Positions 42,901 through 54,900 of a stretch of DNA of 64,000 nt are shown here, piece after piece. The first letter of the stretch is position 1. Each line of letters starts with the position of its first letter. This DNA comes from Macrostomum hystrix (taxonomy: Eukaryota > Animalia > Platyhelminthes): contig CATNEN010000012.1 of the NCBI GenBank assembly GCA_950097015.1, positions 2,170,001 to 2,234,000 on the forward strand. Reading direction: 5' to 3'. The notes beneath the pieces were generated by a model. It searched no databases and had not been told where the DNA came from. It saw only the letters and a program-made list of their open reading frames with translations. Both the position numbers and the translations under genes were made by a program.

Positions 42901-45900
42901 CGTATTCTGAATCTAAAATCCCGTATCCTGAATCTGAAATCCCGTATCCTGAATCTAAAATCCCGTATTCTGAATCTAAAATCCCGTATTCTGAATCTAA
43001 AATCCCGTATTCTGAATCTAAAATCCCGTATCCTGAATCTAAAATCCAGTATTCTGAATCTAAAATCCCGTATCCTGAATCTAAAATCCCGTATTCTGAA
43101 TCTAAAATCCAGTATTCTGAATCTAAAATCCCGTATTCTGAATCTAAAATCCCGTATTCTGAATCTAAAATCCCGTATTCTGAATCTAAAATCCCGTATT
43201 CTGAATCTAAAATCCCGTATTCTGAATCTAAAATCCCCTATCCTGAATCTAAAATCCCGTATTCTGAATCTAAAATCCCGTATTCTGAATCTAAAATCCC
43301 GTATTCTGAATCTAAAATCCCCTATCCTGAATCTAAAATCCCGTATTCTGAATCTAAAATCCCGTATTCTGAATCTAAAATCCCGTATTCTGAATCTAAA
43401 ATCCCCTATCCTGAATCTAAAATCCCGTATTCTGAATCTAAAATCCCGTATTCTGAATCTAAAATCCCGTATTCTGAATCTAAAATCCCCTATCCTGAAT
43501 CTAAAATCCCGTATCCTGAATCTAAAATCCCCGATTCTGAATGAAAAATCTTAAATCTAAAATCTGAATCTGAATTATCGATTTCTGAGGTCGAGATCCC
43601 AATCCCGAATTCGAATCCCAAAACTGACTTTCATATCCATGACTTAAATCGTAAACTGATTGTATACCTATAGTCTCTTTATCTAGCTCATATTTACCGT
43701 TCATAATTATCCAACCAAACAACTGAATTCCCGAAAGTACACAGTTTTCAGTTCATGGGGCCGTGGTGCACTCACAATTAGGCGCAAGCTTTGCACAGTC
43801 TCCCTGTCCAGCAGGCCGGAATCGCGCACTGTGACGACTCCGGAGGCGGCGTCGATTTGAAAAGCGCCACTAGCGTCAATTAGGATGAACTCTTGCTTGG
43901 AGTTCTGCGAATGCATTTGAGCCGATATGTATAGAAAATCATGAAAACTAGACAGCAACATCTTTATAAAAATTGGTAATGAAAGCTTTTTCTAATCGCT
44001 GACCAGATCCAGATCTGAAGCGCTCAGGCGAGTCACGTAGGTGCCGACAGCCGAATTCTCAGCGATGCTGGCGTTTATAGCTGGCGGCGAAATCACTGGC
44101 CGATTGTCATTCTTGTCCAGCACTGTGACAATTACGGTCGCCAGGGCTATACGCGTGTCCGGCTTGTCCGTTTGGTAGGCCTACGGGCGGATGAAATGAT
44201 TTTAGGGTCACCCGAGACTCACTGGGGTAACCCGAGACTCACTGGGGTAACCCGAGACTCACTGGGGTCACCAGAGACTCACTGGGGTAACCCGAGACTC
44301 ACTGGGGTCACCTGCAGAGACTCACTAGGGTCACCAGAGACTCACTGGGGTCACCCGAGACTCACTGGGGTCACCCGAGACTCACTGGGGTCACCAGAGA
44401 CTCACTGGGGTCACCAGAGACTCACTGGGGTAACCCGAGACTCACTGGGGTCACCAGAGACTCACTGGGGTCACCCGAGACTCACTGGGGTCACCCGAGA
44501 CTCACTGGGGTCACCAGAGACTCACTAGGGTCACCAGAGACTCACTGGGGTCACCCGAGACTCACTAGGGTCACCAGAGACTCACTGGGGTCACCCGAGA
44601 CTCACTGGGGTCACCAGAGACTCACTAGGGTCACCAGAGACTCACTGGGGTCACCCGAGACTCACTAGGGTCACCAGAGACTCACTGGGGTAACCCGAGA
44701 CTCACTGGGGTCACCAGAGACTCACTGGGGTCACCAGAGACTCACTGGGGTAACCCGAGACTCACTGGGGTCACCAGAGACTCACTGAGGTCACCAGAGA
44801 CTCACTGAGGTCATCTATACTCTAACTCACGCGTACTACACTGTATCACACCTGAACTACACTGTATCACACCTGAGCTACACTGTATCACACCTGAACT
44901 ACACTGTATCACACCTGAACTTCACTGTATCACACCTGAGCTACACTGTATCACACCTGAACTACACTGTATCACACCTGAACTACACTGTATCACACCT
45001 GAACTACACTGTATCACACCTGAACTACACTGTATCAGTCTCCTCCATCGTGACAGCGCCTTACAAAAAGAACTTTCCTGATGAGAAGGAGGGTACAGAG
45101 GGTGGGGGTGGTTTCACTGTCAACTTTCTCACATCTCAAACTTATTTTATTGGCACTTCGGAGGAGGAGCATTTGGCTGAGTGACACTGAGTGATCTAGT
45201 TGAAGACAGTTTTTCCACTCATTCCTGCCTGAGTCAGCTGCAGGCCACTACAGTATCGCCCATTTCACTCATTGCTGGTCACAGCTGACTCAGAGCACCA
45301 GAGGTCTGTGTCAATTTCGCATTCTCTTTCAGCTCAGACACTAAAACTCCTGTCCCCCGGGAGAGGCAAGCAAACATATCATTGCAATATTGTATCTAGG
45401 CTTGAGTTTCTTTGCATACTATACAATGAGAAGGAAATTTTCACAAGAGACAGAAGGCTGGCAAACACCCAGCTAGTACAACTGACAGGCTTTGAAGGAC
45501 AGAAAAAATGACACATGATAGACTTAAACTTATACAGTAACCTACAGTAACATACAGTAACCTACAGTAACCTACAGTAACCTACAGTAACCTATACAGT
45601 AACCTACAGTAACCTACAGTAACCGACAGTAACCTACAGTAACCTACAGTAACCTACAGTAACCTACAGTAACCTATACAGTAACCTACAGTAACCTACA
45701 GTAACCTATACAGTAACCTACAGTAACCTACAGTAACCAACAGTAACCTACAGTAACCTACAGTAACCTATAGTAGCCTATACAGTAACCTACAGTAACC
45801 TACAGTCACCTACAGTAACCTACAGTAACCTACAGTAACCTACAGTAACCTATAGTAGCCTATACAGTAACCTTGCTGAGAATTTTACGTTAAACTTAAC

Positions 45901-48900
45901 AGATGGGCCAGAGAGACAAAACGGACAAACTGACAGACAACTGACTGATTTTACTGACAAAGCTGACCGTTTTACAGACAGAACTGACAGTTTTACAGAC
46001 AGGACTGACAGTTTTACAGACAAAAAAGACATCTGAGAGGTCTCATGACGGAAATCACAAAGCAGACTCACCTTGACTTGCAGCAGGATTTCGTTAGAAG
46101 TTAGAGCCTCTCGGTCAATTAGCCGAGTCACCTTGAACTCTCCCGTCGCCTCGTCGATTGTCAGAAACGTTTGGCCAGACAGACTTGCACCTGCACGATG
46201 TGGTTTCCGTATTTGAAATTTTCAAAATGTCTGTTTCAGTGAATTACGTGAAAGTGTAGCTAGGGATATGGAAGTGGCAAGGGGATATGGAAGTGGCAAG
46301 GGGATATGGAAGTGGCAAGGGGATATGGAAGTGGCAAGGGGATATGGAAGTGGCAAGGGGATATGGAAGTGGCAAGGGGATATGGAAGTGGCAAGGGGAT
46401 AAGGAAGTAGCAAGGGGATATGGAAGTGGCAAGGGGATAAGGAAGTAGCAAGGGGATAAGGAAGTAGCAAGGGGATATGGAAGTAGCAAGGGGATATGGA
46501 AGTGGCAAGGGGATAAGGAAGTAGCAAGGGGATATGGAAGTGGCAGGGGGATAAGGAAGTAGCAAGGGGATATGGAAGTAGCAAGGGGATATGGAAGTGG
46601 CAAGGGGATAAGGAAGTAGCAAGGGGATATGGAAGTGGCAGGGGGATAAGGAAGTAGCAAGGGGATATGGAAGTAGCAAGGGGATAAGGAAGTAGCAAGG
46701 GGATATGGAAGTGGCAAGGGGATATGGAAGTGGCAAGGGGATATGGAAGTAGCAAGGGGATATGGAAGTGGCAAGGGGATATGGAAGTGGCAAGTGGATA
46801 TGGAAGTGGCAACGGGATATTGGGATAAGGAGAATAGACTAAATGAAACAAATTAAGTATTGTTCAAAATAGGCAATGCACGGAGATCAAGTTATGTAGC
46901 ATTAGCCATTGCTAGCACTGTTAAGGCATAGAATAATTCAGAAACTGAGTTAAACCAAGCTTTCACCATAGTGGAACAAGATTTAGTAATAACAAAACAA
47001 AACAACATACGACAAAAGAGAACAATAGCCGTGTGGGAACAAGCGCCAGCTGCTAAGACTAACAACTATTCACCTGGATCAGAGTTTCATTAAAAGAAGC
47101 ATAAAAGAAACAAAAGAATTTTTTCCGCTATGATGAAAGAAAGCTTATGAAGATCAGGGCAATGTGCCATACTCGGCTGGCCAGAAATGCTCAAATCTTC
47201 AATAAATGAGAAGATAGCTTGTCAATCAAATTTAGAGAACTAGTTTTTTGTTGCTACTCGTAGGATTATACATTCGTAAGATATATACACTCGTATATAT
47301 CACTGGCAGTATGTATTCCACGCTTAAAACAAACTATCACAATTTTAAACTAGCGGCTTTACCAGTAGATCGGAATGTGTCTAAAATAGCGTGATGTTTT
47401 GCTTTGAAATCGTTTTTTAAAATCAAATCTGGATAGGCGATTTAGATGTGGCATAGTCCTACCTGATTGAATTTTGTAATTCACGGTCTGATTGATGCCG
47501 AGGTCCATGTCTCTAGCCCAAAGCTTTGGAATTGTTGACAGGGAAGCGTTGATGATGCTGCTGTCCTGAAATCATGAGTTTTAATCATCATGCCATGATT
47601 ATTTAACTCAAACTGGAGTTCGGATACGACTCAAACTGGAGTTCAGATACGACTCAAACTGGAGTTCGGATACGACTCAAACTGGAGTTCAGATACGACT
47701 CAAACTGGAGTTCGGATACGACTCAAACTGGAGTTCAGATACGACTCAAACTGGAGTTCAGATATGACTCAAACTGGAGTTCAGATATGACTCAAACTGG
47801 AGTTCAGATATGACTCAAACTGGAGTTCAGATGCGACTCAAACTAGAGTTCAGATGCGACTCAAACTGGAGTTCAGATACGACTCAAACTGGAGTTCAGA
47901 TATGACTCAAACTGGAGTTCAGATATGACTCAAACTGGAGTTCAGATGCGACTCAAACTGGAGTTCAGATACGACTCAAACTGGAGTTCAGATACGACTC
48001 AAACTGGAGTTCAGATACGACTCAAACAATCAGGTGATGGCTCACATTTTCCATGAACTGCAGTCGATAAGTGTCCGCCGAGAACTCCGGGCTCAAGTCA
48101 TCAAAATCAATAATGTTAATCTGCACAGTTGTGTAAGCCACAAAACCCGTCGTGGAGGCGAGCGGAGTGGCGGATATGTTCAACTGAAACAGGCGATACT
48201 GCGGCCCGGCGTCGTAGTCAAGGATCTGGTTCACTCTGAGATTACCGGATGTGCGACCGTCCTTTTCCATGGTGAAAAAGCTGGGGGCTCCGCTCTGGCG
48301 AGTGATTCGGAGGTTTCGCGATAAATACCCCAAACTAAACTAAACTGAGATCAGCCTTCTCAACTAAACTGAGATCAGCCTTCTAAACTAAACTGAGATC
48401 AGCCTTCTAAACTAAACTGAGATCAGCCTTCTAAACTAAACTGAGATCAGCCTTCTAAACTAAACTGAGATCAGCCTTCTCAACTAAACTGACAACAGCC
48501 TTCTAAACTAAACTGAGATCAGCCTTCTCAACTAAACTGAGAACAGCCTTCTAAACTAAACTGAGATCAGCCTTCTAAACTAAACTGAGATCAGACTTCT
48601 AAACTAAACTGAGATCAGCCTTCTAAACTAAACTGAGATCAGCCTTCTCAACTAAACTGAGATCAGCCTTCTAAACTAAACTGAGATCAGCCTTCTAAAC
48701 TAAACTGAGATCAGCCTTCTAAACTAAACTGAGAACAGCCTTCTCAACTAAACTGAGAACAGCCTTCTCAACTAAACTGAGATCAGCCTTCTAAACTAAA
48801 CTGAGATCAGCCTTCTAAACTAAACTGAGATCAGCCTTCTAAACTAAACTGAGATCAGCCTTCTAAACTAAACTGAGATCAGACTTCTCAACTAAACTGA

Positions 48901-51900
48901 GATCAGACTTCTAAACTAAACTGAGATCAGCCTTCTAAACTAAACTGAGATCAGACTTCTCAACTAAACTGAGATCAGCCTTCTAAACTAAACTGAGATC
49001 AGACTTCTCAACTAAACTGAGATCAGCCTTCTAAACTAAACTGAGATCAGCCTTCTAAACTAAACTGAGATCAGCCTTCTAAACTAAACTGAGATCAGCC
49101 TTCTAAACTAAACTGAGATCAGCCTTCTCAACTAAACTGAGAACAGCCTTCTAAACTAAACTGAGATCAGCCTTCTCAACTAAACTGAGAACAGCCTTCT
49201 AAACTAAACTGAGATCAGCCTTCTAAACTAAACTGAGATCAGACTTCTAAACTAAACTGAGATCAGCCTTCTAAACTAAACTGAGATCAGCCTTCTCAAC
49301 TAAACTGAGATCAGCCTTCTAAACTAAACTGAGATCAGCCTTCTAAACTAAACTGAGATCAGCCTTCTAAACTAAACTGAGAACAGCCTTCTCAACTAAA
49401 CTGAGAACAGCCTTCTCAACTAAACTGAGATCAGCCTTCTAAACTAAACTGAGATCAGCCTTCTAAACTAAACTGAGATCAGCCTTCTAAACTAAACTGA
49501 GATCAGCCTTCTAAACTAAACTGAGATCAGACTTCTCAACTAAACTGAGATCAGACTTCTAAACTAAACTGAGATCAGCCTTCTAAACTAAACTGAGATC
49601 AGACTTCTCAACTAAACTGAGATCAGCCTTCTAAACTAAACTGAGATCAGACTTCTCAACTAAACTGAGATCAGCCTTCTAAACTAAACTGAGATCAGCC
49701 TTCTCAACTAAACTGAGATCAGCCTTCTAAACTAAACTGAGATCAGCCTTCTAAACTAAACTGAGATCAGCCTTCTAAACTAAACTGAGAACAGCCTTCT
49801 AAACTAAACTGAGAACAGCCTTCTAAACTAAACTGAGATCAGCCTTCTAAACTAAACTGAGATCAGCCTTCTAAACTAAACTGAGAACAGCCTTCTAAAC
49901 TAAACTGAGATCAGCCTTCTAAACTAAACTGAGAACAGCCTTCTCAACTAAACTGAGAACAGCCTTCTAAACTAAACTGAGATCAGACTTCTAAACTAAA
50001 CTGAGATCAGCCTTCTAAACTAAACTGAGATCAGCCTTCTCAACTAAACTGAGAACAGCCTTCTAAACTAAACTGAGATCAGCCTTCTAAACTAAACTGA
50101 GATCAGCCTTCTCAACTAAACTGAGATCAGACTTCTAAACTAAACTGAGATCAGCCTTCTAAACTAAACTGAGATCAGACTTCTCAACTAAACTGAGATC
50201 AGCCTTCTAAACTAAACTGAGATCAGACTTCTCAACTAAACTGAGATCAGCCTTCTAAACTAAACTGAGATCAGCCTTCTAAACTAAACTGAGATCAGCC
50301 TTCTAAACTAAACTGAGATCAGCCTTCTAAACTAAACTGAGATCAGCCTTCTCAACTAAACTGAGATCAGCCTTCTCAACTAAACTGAGATCAGCCTTCT
50401 CAACTAAACTGAGATCAGCCTTCTCAACTAAACTGAGATCAGCCTTCTAAACTAAACTGAGATCAGCCTTCTAAACTAAACTGAGATCAGCCTTCTCAAC
50501 TAAACTGAGATCAGACTTCTAAACTAAACTGAGATCAGCCTTCTAAACTAAACTGAGATCAGCCTTCTAAACTAAACTGAGATCAGACTTCTCAACTAAA
50601 CTGAGATCAGACTTCTAAACTAAACTGAGATCAGCCTTCTAAACTAAACTGAGATCAGACTTCTCAACTAAACTGAGATCAGCCTTCTAAACTAAACTGA
50701 GATCAGACTTCTAAACTAAACTGAGATCAGCCTTCTCAACTAAACTGAGAACAGCCTTCTAAACTAAACTGAGATCAGACTTCTAAACTAAACTGAGATC
50801 AGCCTTCTAAACTAAACTGAGATCAGCCTTCTCAACTAAACTGAGAACAGCCTTCTAAACTAAACTGAGATCAGCCTTCTAAACTAAACTGAGATCAGAC
50901 TTCTAAACTAAACTGAGAACAGCCTTCTCAACTAAACTGAGAACAGCCTTCTAAACTAAACTGAGATCAGACTTCTAAACTAAACTGAGATCAGCCTTCT
51001 AAACTAAACTGAGATCAGCCTTCTCAACTAAACTGAGAACAGCCTTCTAAACTAAACTGAGATCAGCCTTCTAAACTAAACTGAGATCAGACTTCTCAAC
51101 TAAACTGAGATCAGCCTTCTAAACTAAACTGAGATCAGCCTTCTCAACTAAACTGAGATCAGCCTTCTAAACTAAACTGAGATCAGCCTTCTAAACTAAA
51201 CTGAGATCAGCCTTCTAAACTAAACTGAGAACAGCCTTCTAAACTAAACTGAGAACAGCCTTCTAAACTAAACTGAGATCAGCCTTCTAAACTAAACTGA
51301 GATCAGCCTTCTAAACTAAACTGAGAACAGCCTTCTAAACTAAACTGAGATCAGCCTTCTAAACTAAACTGAGAACAGCCTTCTCAACTAAACTGAGAAC
51401 AGCCTTCTAAACTAAACTGAGATCAGACTTCTAAACTAAACTGAGATCAGCCTTCTAAACTAAACTGAGATCAGCCTTCTCAACTAAACTGAGAACAGCC
51501 TTCTAAACTAAACTGAGATCAGCCTTCTAAACTAAACTGAGATCAGCCTTCTCAACTAAACTGAGATCAGACTTCTAAACTAAACTGAGATCAGCCTTCT
51601 AAACTAAACTGAGATCAGACTTCTCAACTAAACTGAGATCAGCCTTCTAAACTAAACTGAGATCAGACTTCTCAACTAAACTGAGATCAGCCTTCTAAAC
51701 TAAACTGAGATCAGCCTTCTAAACTAAACTGAGATCAGCCTTCTAAACTAAACTGAGATCAGCCTTCTAAACTAAACTGAGATCAGCCTTCTCAACTAAA
51801 CTGAGATCAGCCTTCTCAACTAAACTGAGATCAGCCTTCTCAACTAAACTGAGATCAGCCTTCTCAACTAAACTGAGATCAGCCTTCTAAACTAAACTGA

Positions 51901-54900
51901 GATCAGCCTTCTAAACTAAACTGAGATCAGCCTTCTCAACTAAACTGAGATCAGACTTCTAAACTAAACTGAGATCAGCCTTCTAAACTAAACTGAGATC
52001 AGCCTTCTAAACTAAACTGAGATCAGACTTCTCAACTAAACTGAGATCAGACTTCTAAACTAAACTGAGATCAGCCTTCTAAACTAAACTGAGATCAGCC
52101 TTCTAAACTAAACTGAGATCAGCCTTCTAAACTAAACTGAGATCAGACTTCTCAACTAAACTGAGATCAGCCTTCTCAACTAAACTGAGAACAGCCTTCT
52201 AAACTAAACTGAGATCAGACTTCTAAACTAAACTGAGATCAGCCTTCTAAACTAAACTGAGATCAGCCTTCTCAACTAAACTGAGAACAGCCTTCTAAAC
52301 TAAACTGAGATCAGCCTTCTAAACTAAACTGAGATCAGACTTCTAAACTAAACTGAGAACAGCCTTCTCAACTAAACTGAGAACAGCCTTCTAAACTAAA
52401 CTGAGATCAGACTTCTAAACTAAACTGAGATCAGCCTTCTAAACTAAACTGAGATCAGCCTTCTCAACTAAACTGAGAACAGCCTTCTAAACTAAACTGA
52501 GATCAGCCTTCTAAACTAAACTGAGATCAGCCTTCTCAACTAAACTGAGATCAGACTTCTAAACTAAACTGAGATCAGCCTTCTAAACTAAACTGAGATC
52601 AGACTTCTCAACTAAACTGAGATCAGCCTTCTAAACTAAACTGAGATCAGACTTCTCAACTAAACTGAGATCAGCCTTCTAAACTAAACTGAGATCAGCC
52701 TTCTAAACTAAACTGAGATCAGCCTTCTAAACTAAACTGAGATCAGCCTTCTAAACTAAACTGAGATCAGCCTTCTAAACTAAACTGAGATCAGACTTCT
52801 CAACTAAACTGAGATCAGCCTTCTAAACTAAACTGAGATCAGCCTTCTAAACTAAACTGAGATCAGCCTTCTAAACTAAACTGAGATCAGCCTTCTCAAC
52901 TAAACTGAGATCAGCCTTCTAAACTAAACTGAGATCAGCCTTCTAAACTAAACTGAGATCAGCCTTCTCAACTAAACTGAGATCAGCCTTCTCAACTAAA
53001 CTGAGAACAGCCTTCTAAACTAAACTGAGATCAGCCTTCTCAACTAAACTGAGAACAGCCTTCTAAACTAAACTGAGATCAGCCTTCTCAACTAAACTGA
53101 GATCAGCCTTCTAAACTAAACTGAGATCAGCCTTCTCAACTAAACTGAGATCAGCCATCTCAACTAAACAGAGATCAGCCTTCTAAACTAAACTGAGATC
53201 AGCCTTCTCAACTAAACTGAGATCAGCCTTCTAAACTAAACTGAGATCAGCCTTCTCAACTAAACTGAGATCAGCCTTCTAAACTGGATTTACTTGCTGT
53301 GTACAGTCACGTGACCTAGATTGAGAATGGTTTGGGCGATTTAAGCCTATCGCTTTGTAATCGAAAACATATTTTGAAGGCTGATTTCAATCAAATGAGA
53401 TGATTTAAATTGTTCAAACTGTACTAATATCATTTTTGCTTAGAAAAGGTCGAAATATAAGGCATGAATTGTTATGCTTATAGCACCGGCTAGCATATAG
53501 ATAGATTAAATAAACAGACAATAGAAAAAAAAGATCATAGGCACAATAAAAAGGCGAAGACTCTTTAGAAACTGGGTCATTTCACACCACGTTTCAATGT
53601 AGAAAAACATTTCACACCACGCAGCGCGAAGAGACAAGGCTGGGCAGCACGGGGGTGCCGGCTGAAATACAACCCAGCTAAAAGCGGAGGGGTGGGTGCC
53701 TGGGGTGGGTGCCTGGGGTGGGTGTTTACACCCAATCAGCGAGCGCCGATTGGACACGTTAGTACCACAGAAATAAATAGACAATAAGAAGTTAAAAATG
53801 AAACAAGCCTTGATCTACACCATTTTACATTCGATTTGAACAAATACGTCACCATGATTTGTCAATAAATAGATTTTTTCAACTTACGATTACGGACTAA
53901 AAAACAATGTGAAGCGAAAGTATTTGTTATGTTTGCTAATTAAAAAACGTATTTAAACTTAATTGAAATTTATCGACTACTTTCGGTTGCTAACTTACAT
54001 AAATGGCAAAGTTGAAGTCTTTGTCTTCGCGAACGTCCTTGTCATCAACTTGACCCTTGAGCGACAGAACCAGCGTGTTCACTGGGGTCGACTGAAATAT
54101 GATAAAGCAAAGATTTGTGAAGCTGTAGATGCTGGTGAGCTGAGAAATACGTTATTTAACGATTTCCCTGATTCAGAGATGTCTTAAATTTAACGATTTC
54201 CAAAGTTAGGCGATATCCCAAAATTAGCTATATCCCGAATTCTACGATATCCCGAATTCAACGATATCCCGAATTCAACTATATCCGAAATTTAGCGATA
54301 TCCAAAATTCAACGATATCCCAAATTCAACGATATCCGAAATTTAACGATATCCAAATTTCAACGATATCCGAAATTTAACGATATCCAAAATTCAACGA
54401 TATCCCAAATTCAACGATATCCCAAATTTAACGATATCACAAATTTAACGATATCACAAATTTAACGATATCACAAATTTAACGATATCACAAATTTAAC
54501 GATATCCCAAATTCAACGATGTCCCAAATTCAACGATGTCCCAAATTTAACGATATCACAAATTTAACGATATCACAAATTTAACGATATCCCAAATTCA
54601 ACGATATCCCAAATTCAACGATGTCCCAAATTCAACGATGTCCCAAATTTAACGATATCCCAAATTTAGCGACACCCGAAAGTTTCAAACGGGCTGATCT
54701 AAACTAACCTCGGAAATATTTATTGAATACAGCGAATTAATAAAGAAGGGCGGAAACTCGTCCACAGGCGTGAAGAGAACAATGAGCATGGCGGACAGGC
54801 TTGAACTGCACTGCACAGTCAGGTACACCAGCCGCATGTCTGTGATATTTCCTCCGGAGCAGGCTGTTGGCATCTCCAAGTCCACCAGTCGGTTCACGTA

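Noticed and set aside
40968-43554. Divergent ORF pair meeting at 42256, suggesting an inversion or bidirectional gene
   Set aside because: The 21-bp array keeps one orientation throughout. A single variant unit (TATCATGAA) creates ATG on both strands.
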